From Candidatus Pacearchaeota archaeon (GTDB lineage: Archaea; Nanobdellota; Nanobdellia; Pacearchaeales; GW2011-AR1): a stretch of DNA of 64,000 nt. Location: the NCBI GenBank assembly GCA_026395815.1, contig JAPLXZ010000010.1, positions 6,659 to 70,658 on the forward strand, written 5' to 3'. Shown here one piece after another: positions 6,706 through 16,617 of the stretch (the first letter of the stretch is position 1; each line of letters opens with the position of its first letter). Made by a program: the position numbers and the translations under genes. The notes beneath the pieces are model-generated. The model saw only the letters and a program-made list of their open reading frames with translations. It did no database searches and was not told the origin of the DNA.

Positions 6706-7760
6706 GTTTTTTTCAGATTTAGATCTAAACAACCAAAATTTTTTCTTTCCAAAACTGTTCGAACTTTTTCTCTATCTTCTTTAGATTTACAAACTAATTG
6801 TGCAGTTCCATCTCCTCCACTTCCCACTCCTTTTCCCCCAAGAATAAATTTTTGAATTTCAGGCATGGACAACATGGAATGTAAAACAGGAGCAGTTAAT
6901 TGTTCTGGACTTGAAGGAGCGAGATAATTGTCAAACTTCATCTGTGCTTCTTTCATTAAATTTCCTAACGTCTCTGCATCTCCGTTATTTATTGCCTGTT
7001 TGGCTTCAAAGACTATTCTCTTATTTATCATGCTAAAATATGTGTGTTTTTTTCTTTCAAAATCACTTCTTGGCCAAGGAAATCCTTCATTTAAATCAGA
7101 GAGTATTTTCATTGTATCTTTTCCTTTCTTTAAATTCACAATCAGAAGAAACATATCTCTTCCAATCGCTAATTCTTGCGCATCAACTCTATCACCATCA
7201 AAAGTCATTAAGACAGGTTCATTATAAGCACATGCTTGATCCATTCTTCCACATCTTGAAGGAGTTGTTGTTTCTCCAAGATATGCAAGTTCCATTATAC
7301 GTCTGTTTGTAAATCCAAGGTCATAAATTTCATTAAACGCCTTTGTGGTTAAAACACAAACAGAAGCAGAAGAAGATAAGCCACTTTTTATAGGTAAATC
7401 TGTTTTATAATTATCTATAATTATCCCGTGTTGATGGCATTGTCTATAACTAGAGATTATCTCATGAGCAACTCCTGCTACATAACTGAACAACCCGCCT
7501 TCTTCAGCAATTTTTAGTAATTCTTGTTCTTCAAGTTTAACTTCTAAGGATTCCTTAAATGGTTGAGAAATAAATTGAAAATTTTGGTTATTTATTTCCT
7601 TAACTGTTGCATAATTTCCCTGATTTGTTTGAGCAATAATTGTGTATCCTTTCTCTATTTTTGAATTTTGTCTCCTATGTCCACCTGCCCAGTCAGAATG
7701 CTCCCCAAAAAGGCACAATCTTCCAGGAACAAACAATTCAATCTCTTTTTCTTCTCCCAT
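6702..7760 (-). CDS. GHMP-family sugar kinase (galactokinase-like)
   Basis: VPGRLCLFGEHSDWAGG resembles the galactokinase signature. GLSSSASVCV is the GHMP ATP motif, and GGKGVGSGGDG lies near the C-terminus. It is convergent with the nucleotidyltransferase, with a 4-nt overlap. Confidence 0.8.
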   Translation of the reverse strand: MGEEKEIELFVPGRLCLFGEHSDWAGGHRRQNSKIEKGYTIIAQTNQGNYATVKEINNQNFQFISQPFKESLEVKLEEQELLKIAEEGGLFSYVAGVAHEIISSYRQCHQHGIIIDNYKTDLPIKSGLSSSASVCVLTTKAFNEIYDLGFTNRRIMELAYLGETTTPSRCGRMDQACAYNEPVLMTFDGDRVDAQELAIGRDMFLLIVNLKKGKDTMKILSDLNEGFPWPRSDFERKKHTYFSMINKRIVFEAKQAINNGDAETLGNLMKEAQMKFDNYLAPSSPEQLTAPVLHSMLSMPEIQKFILGGKGVGSGGDGTAQLVCKSKEDREKVRTVLERKNFGCLDLNLKKT

Positions 7761-7870
7761 TTTCGAACCACAATGTTTTATTTTATAAGTATTTATTCAC
7801 TGCAAAAGATGTTTAAAACAGAAGAGAATTCTTCCATAAGAAATAAAAACAGGGTAAAATTGTTTTTGAA

Positions 7871-9409
7871 ATGAAAGATTCTTCAGAATTGGAAATTAAT
7901 ACAAGCTTAACAAGAATAGCAAAATCTTCTATGATTGTTTTTATTGGAATTTTTTTGTCAAAGTTAGTAACGTATATTTATCGAATAGTGATTGCTAGAT
8001 ATTTTGGGCCAGAAGTTTATGGGATATTTTCTCTTGCATTTATTGTTCTTGGTTTTTTTACTGCTTTTTCTACAGTGGGGTTAATAGACGGTCTTGGACG
8101 ATTCCTTTCTTTTTATAGAGGAAAAAAACAGTCAGATAAAATAAAATATCTTTTTAGAAAAATAACAATAATCCTAATGATTTCCTGTTCTATATCCGGA
8201 ATACTCCTATTCTTGTTTTCTAGATTTATTTCAGTAACAATCTTTCATAATGAAACAATGATTATCTTTTTGAAAGCATTTAGTATCCTTATTCCATTGA
8301 CTATCTTAACACACATATTTCTTACGAGTATAAGAGCATTTGAAAAAGTTGGATGGTACTCTTTTATTTGGAATATATTGCAAAATGTAGTGAAACTGTC
8401 TGTACTGGGGGTATTAATCTTTTTTGGAATGAAAGAAAATGCCATTATCTTTTCTTATATTCTTGGAGTTTTATCCATGCTTATGGTTTCTTATCTTGTT
8501 TGTAAATATAGTGTTAAAGAAGTATTTGGACTTTCTAATTTAAAAAAAGAAACTAAAATTGAAATAACTCGAGAAGTGTTCTCTTATTCATGGCCATTTA
8601 TGTTTTCCGGTATCATAACCACTATCTTCTATTGGACAGATTCTTCATTAATAGGTTATTTTATGAATCCTACAGAAGTTGGGCTCTATAATGCAGCATA
8701 CCCTTTAATGAGCTTGATAACTCTTATTCCTGTTATGTTTTCTCAATTATTCTTCCCCCTAATAACAAAATATTTCTCTCAAAAAAAACATTCTTTAATA
8801 AAAGAAGTGAGTAAACAAGTAGGAAAGTGGATATTCATTTTTGGATTGCCCATTTTTATAATTCTAATCTTGTTTCCAGGAGCGATTATAAATCTCTTCT
8901 TTGGAAGAGAGTACATTGCAGTGCAGAATGTTTTAAGAATTCTTGCTATAGGAGGAATGTTCTCAGCTTTTACATTTCTTCTTACAGATTTAATGTCAAT
9001 GGCAGGCAAGTCCAAACTGATTTTTTTTAACATTTTAGTTACTTCCATAATAAATGTTATTCTGGATATCATTTTGATAAAGAGATATGGGATTGAGGGA
9101 GCTGCAATTGCAACAACAAGCGTATTGATTATCTGGACTTTGGCACTTTTTATAGAAGTGAAACATTATGTTCATTTTGTTCCATTAAGAAAAAAGATGA
9201 TGCGAATTTTCTTTGTATCCTTAATACCAACAGCAGTTTTATTAATCATAAAACAACTAGTCCCTATTAATACACTAAGCTTAATCCTGTTAGGAATATT
9301 TTTTGTATTGTTCTATTTTTTACTTGTTTTTTTAACAAGCCTAGACAAAAATGATTTTTTTGTATTAAAAATGATAAAAGGAAAATTTTCATCTTCTTCT
9401 GGAGTTTAA
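7871..9409 (+). CDS. polysaccharide/oligosaccharide flippase (Wzx, MOP superfamily)
   Basis: The 512 aa product has about 12-14 hydrophobic helices throughout, with the N-terminal pattern SMIVFIGIFLSKLVTYIYRIVIARYFGPEVYG typical of Wzx/polysaccharide biosynthesis proteins. Confidence 0.75.
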   Translation: MKDSSELEINTSLTRIAKSSMIVFIGIFLSKLVTYIYRIVIARYFGPEVYGIFSLAFIVLGFFTAFSTVGLIDGLGRFLSFYRGKKQSDKIKYLFRKITIILMISCSISGILLFLFSRFISVTIFHNETMIIFLKAFSILIPLTILTHIFLTSIRAFEKVGWYSFIWNILQNVVKLSVLGVLIFFGMKENAIIFSYILGVLSMLMVSYLVCKYSVKEVFGLSNLKKETKIEITREVFSYSWPFMFSGIITTIFYWTDSSLIGYFMNPTEVGLYNAAYPLMSLITLIPVMFSQLFFPLITKYFSQKKHSLIKEVSKQVGKWIFIFGLPIFIILILFPGAIINLFFGREYIAVQNVLRILAIGGMFSAFTFLLTDLMSMAGKSKLIFFNILVTSIINVILDIILIKRYGIEGAAIATTSVLIIWTLALFIEVKHYVHFVPLRKKMMRIFFVSLIPTAVLLIIKQLVPINTLSLILLGIFFVLFYFLLVFLTSLDKNDFFVLKMIKGKFSSSSGV

Positions 9410-10801
9410 TCCATCAATAAGATTATTGCATCTTTCCCTAAACTCACGCAGGTCTTTCAATTCCAATTGGTACGGCTTAATAAAATAAGTATGGTAATTT
9501 GTTTGGTACATCTCATCAGAGAGATATAACTCTTCTGGTTTTAGATTAACAAGTAGATTATCTTTTAATGCTTGTTCAAAAACCCTAGATCCAGGAAAAG
9601 GAACAATATTTGTGAGGTGAACTCTGTCAACGTCAATCTCTTGTATCATCTTATAAGTATCCTCGAGGGTTTCACGAGTTTCTTCAGGCATTCCCATGAT
9701 AAAAAACGCTCTGGTGTATACCTGTTCATATTTTTTAAGGCATTTAACGGTTTCAAAGATTTTCTCTCTGCTTAATCTTTTTCCCATTATTTCATTTCTA
9801 ATATAATCAGAACCACTTTCTATTGGTAAAGCAATTCTGGTTAGTCCTGCAGAAACCATAGATTCTAGAATCTCTTTGTCTAATGTTCTTATTGAAACTC
9901 CGTTATGCGTTTCAAATTGAATATTTAATCCTCTTCTTTTGATTTCATTGCATATTTCAATTATTCTTCTTTTGCTTATTGTAAGATTATCATCCATAAA
10001 TCCAAAATGGCTTTGATGATACCTATCATAAACAAATTCTATCTCGTCTATAACATTTTTAGGAGACCTTGGTCTCCACCCCTTTCCCATAATTTCTCCT
10101 TCTGAACAAAAATTGCAATCATAAGGACAACTTCTGCTTGAGATTATTGGAATTTCCATGTCCATTTTAAGTTTTTTTGGATTATGCCATTTGGAAGTAT
10201 CTTCAAAATAAGCCTTTAAGTTTATTAGGTCATATGCTGGAAAAGGAAGAGAATCTAAGTCTCTAATGAACCGTGTTTTAGGATTTATTACAACTCTTCC
10301 ATCTTGTCTAAAAGCAAAACCATCTATATCCTCGAAATTATAATCTTTTCTTTCTATTTTTTCAATTAATTGCATTAAGGTGTCTTCCCCCTCTCCTAAA
10401 ACAAGCCAGTCAATAGAAGGACAATTAGTTAAAATTTCATTAGGATACATAGAAGCATGTGCACCACCCATTACAACAGGAATTTCTGGAAAACTATTTT
10501 TAGTAACTTTTGAAAATTTTAAAACATCTAAAAAATTTCCGGAAATCAATCCACCAAAACCAATCAAATCTGGTTTGAATTTAGAAATGGCATCTTTGAT
10601 TATGTAATCATAATCCTCGTTTTCAGGATCTCCTCTAGTTTCATATAAAAATTCTTTCTGAAATGTTTTTAGATCTATTAATCTTACTTCTTCATTATTT
10701 CTCTGAAGAACTGCTCCAAGATACATCTCACCAGAAGGCAGATAGAACTCTCGATTATAGAATGTACGCGGCACAGGGGGGTTGATTAATAGTGTTCTCA
10801 T
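9389..10801 (-). CDS. cobalamin-binding-domain radical SAM enzyme (class B type)
   Basis: rSAM cluster SRSCPYDCNFCSE. N-terminal B12-domain-type motifs VVMGGAHASMYP and VLGEGEDTL. Paralog of 49719..51134. Confidence 0.85.
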   Translation of the reverse strand: MRTLLINPPVPRTFYNREFYLPSGEMYLGAVLQRNNEEVRLIDLKTFQKEFLYETRGDPENEDYDYIIKDAISKFKPDLIGFGGLISGNFLDVLKFSKVTKNSFPEIPVVMGGAHASMYPNEILTNCPSIDWLVLGEGEDTLMQLIEKIERKDYNFEDIDGFAFRQDGRVVINPKTRFIRDLDSLPFPAYDLINLKAYFEDTSKWHNPKKLKMDMEIPIISSRSCPYDCNFCSEGEIMGKGWRPRSPKNVIDEIEFVYDRYHQSHFGFMDDNLTISKRRIIEICNEIKRRGLNIQFETHNGVSIRTLDKEILESMVSAGLTRIALPIESGSDYIRNEIMGKRLSREKIFETVKCLKKYEQVYTRAFFIMGMPEETRETLEDTYKMIQEIDVDRVHLTNIVPFPGSRVFEQALKDNLLVNLKPEELYLSDEMYQTNYHTYFIKPYQLELKDLREFRERCNNLIDGLNSRRR

Positions 10802-10804
10802 TTT

Positions 10805-12130
10805 CTATATATGACTTAATCCTCTCTCTCTTAATTTGGTCTGTATTTCAATATAATTATTGACCAATTCTCTTTGTGTGAATCCCTTTCCCCAAGGAGT
10901 TTCATTTTCATATTCAAAAGTCAAGGTTGGGATTTCATTGTCATACCTTCCAAAAAGATGCATGGTCTTGTCCCAATCAGTATTAACATTCTTAATTCCG
11001 AACTTTTTTGGATTACTATAAACTTCTGTTCCTGGCCTTACTGTGAATAATGAGAGATAAACCAAATCTGGCTGTGTTTCTTCTATAAAATCCCAGGTTT
11101 GTTTTACTATGTCCCTTGGTTCTCCAGGCAAACCAAGAATCATATAAGCTCTTGTTTCAATTCCATTTTCTTTTAAAATCTTAAGAGTTCTTCTTGCATC
11201 TTCAACTTGAATTTTTTTGTTTATCATGTCCAATGCTGTTTGAGAAACACTCTCTATTCCTAAACCAAGAGCAATACATCCTGCATCTTTTGCCATCTTT
11301 GCTATTTCAGGAGTGATTCCATCAACTCTTGTCTGCGCTCTCCATACAATTCCTGTGCTTGCTATTGCCTCAAGATAAGAGATGGCCTTTTCTTTGCTAA
11401 AAGGAATGCCAATTTCGTCAAGCATGTTTATTCCTTGAATGTCGTACTCTTTTTTTAAGTATTCAATTTCGTCCTTTATCTTTCCTGGAGAATTATACCT
11501 TGTTCCTTTATCAAACTGTTTCAAATTAGGCATAGCACAAAAAGCGCAATTAAATGGACAGCCTCGGCTAAAAAGGGTTGTTGTTCCCAACAATTCTTCA
11601 TATCCTTTTTTTGATTTTAAAGTCATTAATCCTTTTTTTGCAGTTGCAGATTTAGGAAGGTATTTTCTTCTTGAAAAAGGATATAGACTAATGTCTATTT
11701 TTGATTTCTGCTCATAGACCTTTTTCAAATCAGAATTTTGTAAATCATTTAAAACATCTATAATCGACTCTTCTCCCTCTCCTATAATTAATGAATCAAA
11801 TATCTTTGCAGATTCTTCAGGAAATTCAACGACATGGGGTCCTCCTGCTATATGTTTTGCTTTCGGATAATATTCTCGCAATCCTTTAACTAAAGATTTT
11901 TGTTCATTGTAATCTAGAGTGTAGACAGAATGCAGATATAAATCGCATTCTGGGATATGCTGTATTGCAAATTCTCTTTTTATCCCTCTTAAATCAATCA
12001 GCAAGGGATTTATCTTGTTTCCAAAGTGTTCTTCTAGTTCAGTTAGAATATAAAGTTGTGTATGGGGATCCCCCCTAAAAGGATCTTTAAGATAATCGCT
12101 GCTTGGATTAATGAAGCCAATGTTTAACAT
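10805..12130 (-). CDS. cobalamin-binding-domain radical SAM enzyme (class B type)
   Basis: rSAM cluster SRGCPFNCAFCAMP. N-terminal motifs HIAGGPHVVEFP and IIGEGEESI. Confidence 0.85.
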   Translation of the reverse strand: MLNIGFINPSSDYLKDPFRGDPHTQLYILTELEEHFGNKINPLLIDLRGIKREFAIQHIPECDLYLHSVYTLDYNEQKSLVKGLREYYPKAKHIAGGPHVVEFPEESAKIFDSLIIGEGEESIIDVLNDLQNSDLKKVYEQKSKIDISLYPFSRRKYLPKSATAKKGLMTLKSKKGYEELLGTTTLFSRGCPFNCAFCAMPNLKQFDKGTRYNSPGKIKDEIEYLKKEYDIQGINMLDEIGIPFSKEKAISYLEAIASTGIVWRAQTRVDGITPEIAKMAKDAGCIALGLGIESVSQTALDMINKKIQVEDARRTLKILKENGIETRAYMILGLPGEPRDIVKQTWDFIEETQPDLVYLSLFTVRPGTEVYSNPKKFGIKNVNTDWDKTMHLFGRYDNEIPTLTFEYENETPWGKGFTQRELVNNYIEIQTKLRERGLSHI

Positions 12131-12192
12131 TTTTTATGATATCAAAATTTACTTTTAAAGATTATGGATTTAGAATATAGATTCCCTATTTT

Positions 12193-13131
12193 TCATTTTA
12201 TATTTTCTTTATACCATTCTATTGTTCTTCTTATGCCTTCATCTAAGGAAACTTTTGGTTCCCAGCCAAAAACTCTTTTTGCTTTAGAGATATCAAGATG
12301 AACTCTTGTTTTTATTGTTGGCTTATCTAAGAGGAATTTTATTTCCAGATCTTTTCCAGAAATGTCCATTATCTTTTTAACAAGATTTCTGACCGAGATA
12401 GCTTCCCCACTTCCAATGTTTACCAACTCTAAGTTACTAGTCTGGTTTAGAGAAGTGTAAACAAAGTTGCATAAATCAGACACATGCAAAAGATCTCTTT
12501 CTTCTTCTCCCGTTCCCCAAACTTCAGCTTCTTTATCTTCTTTCATCACTTTTGTTATTGTAGCCCCAAAAACATGAGATTTTTCTAAATCATATTTATC
12601 ATAAGGGCCATAAATATTTGAATGTCTGAAGAGAGTATACTTTGTTCTGCCAAATTTTGAAAAGAATTTGCACATATCTTCAATGTACAATTTAGTTTTA
12701 GCAGATCCAAAATAAGCAGGAAAAATATCTCCTGAATCCTCTTCTTTCAAGGCTCTATCACTCGAAGGATATACTGTGGAAGAGCTTGGAAATATAAATT
12801 GACTAACATTATTGTCAAAAACAGCTCTTAATAATAAAGAATTCATAACGGCATTATCTGTAACATGAATATAAGGTCTTTCTTTAATTTCTTTTGCCCC
12901 CGAAGTTATTGCAGCCATTTGTATAACAACATCTTTCTCTCTAACAATCTCTTGTACCGAATTTTTATCAGTTAAATCACATCTTACTAATTTAATATTA
13001 GGAGTATAATAAGGATTTGAATTAAAAAAAGTCCCATAAATTTCAAATTCATCCTTTTCCGCTAAAAATTCTGTAACATTCCTTCCAATAAAACCTGTTG
13101 CTCCACAAACTAGAATACTTCTTTTTTTCAT
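12193..13131 (-). CDS. NAD(P)-dependent sugar epimerase/dehydratase/reductase (extended SDR)
   Basis: N-terminal Rossmann motif ILVCGATGFIGRN, ~310 aa extended-SDR length, and the C-terminal WEPKVSLDEGIRRTIEWY block typical of NDP-sugar epimerases/reductases. Confidence 0.8.
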   Translation of the reverse strand: MKKRSILVCGATGFIGRNVTEFLAEKDEFEIYGTFFNSNPYYTPNIKLVRCDLTDKNSVQEIVREKDVVIQMAAITSGAKEIKERPYIHVTDNAVMNSLLLRAVFDNNVSQFIFPSSSTVYPSSDRALKEEDSGDIFPAYFGSAKTKLYIEDMCKFFSKFGRTKYTLFRHSNIYGPYDKYDLEKSHVFGATITKVMKEDKEAEVWGTGEEERDLLHVSDLCNFVYTSLNQTSNLELVNIGSGEAISVRNLVKKIMDISGKDLEIKFLLDKPTIKTRVHLDISKAKRVFGWEPKVSLDEGIRRTIEWYKENIK

Positions 13132-13132
13132 A

Positions 13133-13822
13133 TCATTTTCCCCTATATTCTAAAGGACGTCCGTCAATAATCAAATCATCCAAATCTTTCTTTTTATAAG
13201 CATCATAAATCTTTTGAGCAACTTCACGGGGTTCCATTCCATATGTAAATTCTGCAGCTGTTTTTATTCTGGTAGGATATACTTCCATAACTTGGATATT
13301 TCTTGTTTTAGCTTCAATTCTTAAACTGCTTGAAAAGCCCCTTAAACCCCATTTTGAGGCAGAATGGACACTCCTAAACTTTTTTGGTTCCAAACCAACT
13401 ATCGAATTTATATTGATTATAGAGCCATAACCCCTATCTAAAAATAAAGGATATATCCTTCTCGCGAGTTTTATTGGAACAATCAAATTTACCTCTAAAT
13501 TTTCTAAGATATATTCATCATTTAGTTCTTCAATAGGTTTTCCACAGCAGGGTATTGCTGCATTATTTACTAATACAGATATATTTCTCTCTTTTGCTTG
13601 TGAACATAACGCTTCCAGAGTTTCTTCTTTTCTTAGATCTCCTAAAACAGTGTAAACATTTACTCCCCTTTGAACAAGTTCTTCTCCAGTTTTCTTAGTC
13701 TTTTCTTCATTCCTGCCATGAAGTATAATATCATATTTATTTTCTGCAAAAATTTCTGCTATAGCTTTTCCAAGCCCCTTGCTTGATGCAGTTATTAGAA
13801 CACATTCATTGTTTATATGCAT
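13133..13822 (-). CDS. short-chain dehydrogenase/reductase (classical SDR) with an atypical HxxxK site
   Basis: LITASSKGLGKAIA (TGxxxGxG-like), NNAAI and SVHSASKWGL. The start is placed at the ATG 13822 (MHINNECVLITASS), which avoids overlap with the upstream gene. The track ORF extends to 13885. Confidence 0.7.
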   Translation of the reverse strand: MHINNECVLITASSKGLGKAIAEIFAENKYDIILHGRNEEKTKKTGEELVQRGVNVYTVLGDLRKEETLEALCSQAKERNISVLVNNAAIPCCGKPIEELNDEYILENLEVNLIVPIKLARRIYPLFLDRGYGSIININSIVGLEPKKFRSVHSASKWGLRGFSSSLRIEAKTRNIQVMEVYPTRIKTAAEFTYGMEPREVAQKIYDAYKKKDLDDLIIDGRPLEYRGK

Positions 13823-13832
13823 TGATTCACTT

Positions 13833-14810
13833 TCAACTTTTGAAGACATCATATCTATCCCCGGCTGTTTCTTTATTTTCATCATACCATTTTATTGTTT
13901 TTTTTATACCCTCTTCTAAAGAAACACGAGGTTGCCACCCCATTTTTTTTGCCCTTGAAACATCCATAATCCTCTTTTTGTCTCCAGAAGGTTTTGAAGA
14001 ATCCCATATAACTTCTGGAGGATTTTTAACATTTACTAAAATAACATTTACAAGTTCTTTTATAGAATATCCTCTTCCACTTCCCAGATTTACTGGAATT
14101 CCCGGATTTTTTTCAAGAATCATTGCAATTCCTTCTGCTATATCCTCAGTATATACAAAATCTCGAATAGAACTTCCATCGCCCCAAACCATCAGAGGAT
14201 TTTCTCCATCTACAACCCGCTTAATCAATGAAGGCACAACCATTGCATTTACAGAATCAAAATTATCATAAGGGCCATAAGTATTTGCTGGTCGAGCAAT
14301 GTCTATTGTTTTCCAATTAAACTCTATTTTATATGCTTCTGCCTGTAACTCTCCCATTCTTTTTGCCCAGCCGCTAAACCAATCATTTTCTGAAGGCATT
14401 GTTTTCCAAACTTCATCTTCCATAAAGATTTCTGCAGGAGAATAGACTCCAAGAGTGCTTGTATATAGATATCTTTCAACATCTACTTTTTTAGCGGCTC
14501 TAAGAAGATTAGTGTCAAAAAGGATTATGGAATCAAAAAAACTTGCAGGCTTTTCTTTAGTTACCTTAGGATTGCCCTTAACACAAAGGAGATTGAATAC
14601 ATAATCCCTCCCATCGCATACTTTAAGGCAGTTTTCATAATCCCTTAAATCTGCTTTTACAAACTCTGCTTCCGGATTTGCTCTTGAAGAATCATCCAAA
14701 GAAGCGATTCTAATCTGTGCTCCTTCTTTAAGGAGAATATCAACAAGGGATTTACCAATCATTCCTGTTCCCCCTGCTACTAATATCTTTTTGTCAATAT
14801 AAAAACTCAT
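13833..14810 (-). CDS. NAD(P)-dependent sugar epimerase/reductase (GDP-fucose-synthase-like extended SDR)
   Basis: ILVAGGTGMIGKS Rossmann motif, 325 aa, and C-terminal GWQPRVSLEEGIKKTIKWY. Confidence 0.8.
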   Translation of the reverse strand: MSFYIDKKILVAGGTGMIGKSLVDILLKEGAQIRIASLDDSSRANPEAEFVKADLRDYENCLKVCDGRDYVFNLLCVKGNPKVTKEKPASFFDSIILFDTNLLRAAKKVDVERYLYTSTLGVYSPAEIFMEDEVWKTMPSENDWFSGWAKRMGELQAEAYKIEFNWKTIDIARPANTYGPYDNFDSVNAMVVPSLIKRVVDGENPLMVWGDGSSIRDFVYTEDIAEGIAMILEKNPGIPVNLGSGRGYSIKELVNVILVNVKNPPEVIWDSSKPSGDKKRIMDVSRAKKMGWQPRVSLEEGIKKTIKWYDENKETAGDRYDVFKS

Positions 14811-14934
14811 TTTTATCCATGATTTTAAGGATAGAATTTATTTATAAGATTATATATCTTTTTTTATATATTAGGAACAGATTATAATTATTATGTAGCA
14901 TAAGTATTCTTTTAAAGAAAACTTTAAAGGTTAT

Positions 14935-16617
14935 ATGATGGTAAAAAAGAATGCCAAAAAAGAAATCAAAATCAAGAAGATATTATTTGCAGAAACCTTA
15001 AATAAATATTATTTTCCTTATCAAAACTACTATCTTCCATTAAAACGATTCTGTAAAAAAATTATCCCCTTTGATATAAAATGGAACTATTATACTTATG
15101 GAAAAGAGGTTATGAATAACAAATTTTTAAAATTGATTGAAAAAGAAAAACCAGATTATGTATTTTTGTTTATAAGAGGTAGTGAATTTTACTTAGATAC
15201 TCTAATAAAAATAAGGAAAGTTTCTCCAAAAACAAAAGTATTTAATTTTTCTGGAGATGAAGATACTGCCTTTGAAATATTTTCAAGGTATCTTATCTTA
15301 TTTGTAGACTATGGATTAGTTTCTCCTGAAAGATATGTTCAACAATATTATAAAGACGGAATAAAAAATGTTTTTTTTATTATTGGTTCAAATAATAATT
15401 TTTTTAAACCGGCAAAATTAGAGAAAAAATATGATGTAACCTTTATAGGCATAGAAAAAGCAGATAGATACGAATTCATAAAGTTTCTTAAGGAAAATGG
15501 AATAAAGATTAATCTTTTTGGATGGGATTGGAGTAGATATCCAAAATTTAAGGATATATACCAGGGAGCACTAGACTCAGAAAAGATGGTGGAAGTTATA
15601 AACCAAAGCAAGATTAATCTGGCTTTCAGCAAATCTAACGACAGAACCCTACATGCCACAGGAAGAATTTATGACTTACTAGCTTGCAAAAGTTTTGTAT
15701 TAACTGAATATTGTAAAGATTATCTCAACCAATTCAAAGAAGGGAAAGATATAATCATGTTTAAGGATAAAGAGGATTTATTAAAAAAAATAAGATATTA
15801 CTTAATAAATGAAAAAGAAAGAGAGAAAATTGCAAATGCAGCATATAAAAAAATTATTAAAAATTATACCATTGATCTAATTTTTAAAAAAATCTTTCAG
15901 AAAATACAAGAAGAAGATAAAAAATTCACCCATAAAGATTTTCCAAAATTAAATAAAAAGATAATTGTTTTCTCTAAAAAAGATTTAGAATTGAATTCAA
16001 AAGAGCTTAAAGAGAAATTAGAGGGTTATGATTACATTGTTCTGTCAAAAGGAAAGTTTCAAAATTTGAAGTATAGGGAATATTTGCAAGCATATTCATT
16101 AGAAAAAACAAAAAAACCTCTAAGTTGCTGTAATTATTATGTTCATTCAAAAATTCTAGGGGATTATATTCGATTCTCTCCAGAAGGTGCACTTAAGGCA
16201 TTAGATAAAAAAAAGTTTTCTTCTCTTTTGAATATAAATCAATTTATGATAACAAAAGAATTCTTTTTAAAAAATATTGAAATTTTCAGAAATATCTTTG
16301 AAAACGGAGAAATAAATTTCATAACTAAAGAAAATACTGCTTTTGTTACTCTCCCATTAATAAGAATTAATAAATTTCCTTCTATGGACTATAAAAGCCT
16401 AAAAAAAGCTTTCACAGAATTTATATTCCTCTATCAATTGTTTTCTTTGAAACAACAAAAGAAGATATTTTCAAGTCTGTATTTATATGCTCTTTTATTC
16501 GAAATAATCAAAGGGAAAAAATTTATCTTAGACGCTATTATAGACACACTAAAAGATAAAGATAAAAAAGAAAAAATAAAAACTTACAAAAAAATGATAA
16601 CTCAAGACCAAAAATGA
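14935..16617 (+). CDS. CgeB-like/GT-B-type glycosyltransferase-family protein with a long C-terminal extension
   Basis: The central block YDVTFIGIEKADRYEFIKFL...INLAFSKSN...ATGRIYDLLACKSFVLTEYCKDYLNQFKEGKDIIMFKDKEDLLKKIRYYLINEKEREKIANAAYKKI resembles the CgeB/DUF3880-type glycosyltransferase C-terminal domain. Residues ~330-560 have no motif I recognise. Confidence 0.55.
   Translation: MMVKKNAKKEIKIKKILFAETLNKYYFPYQNYYLPLKRFCKKIIPFDIKWNYYTYGKEVMNNKFLKLIEKEKPDYVFLFIRGSEFYLDTLIKIRKVSPKTKVFNFSGDEDTAFEIFSRYLILFVDYGLVSPERYVQQYYKDGIKNVFFIIGSNNNFFKPAKLEKKYDVTFIGIEKADRYEFIKFLKENGIKINLFGWDWSRYPKFKDIYQGALDSEKMVEVINQSKINLAFSKSNDRTLHATGRIYDLLACKSFVLTEYCKDYLNQFKEGKDIIMFKDKEDLLKKIRYYLINEKEREKIANAAYKKIIKNYTIDLIFKKIFQKIQEEDKKFTHKDFPKLNKKIIVFSKKDLELNSKELKEKLEGYDYIVLSKGKFQNLKYREYLQAYSLEKTKKPLSCCNYYVHSKILGDYIRFSPEGALKALDKKKFSSLLNINQFMITKEFFLKNIEIFRNIFENGEINFITKENTAFVTLPLIRINKFPSMDYKSLKKAFTEFIFLYQLFSLKQQKKIFSSLYLYALLFEIIKGKKFILDAIIDTLKDKDKKEKIKTYKKMITQDQK

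Noticed and set aside
13783-14271. A 162-aa + strand ORF.
   Set aside because: It is antisense to the well-supported epimerase/reductase gene 13833..14810, and its composition is that of a shadow frame.
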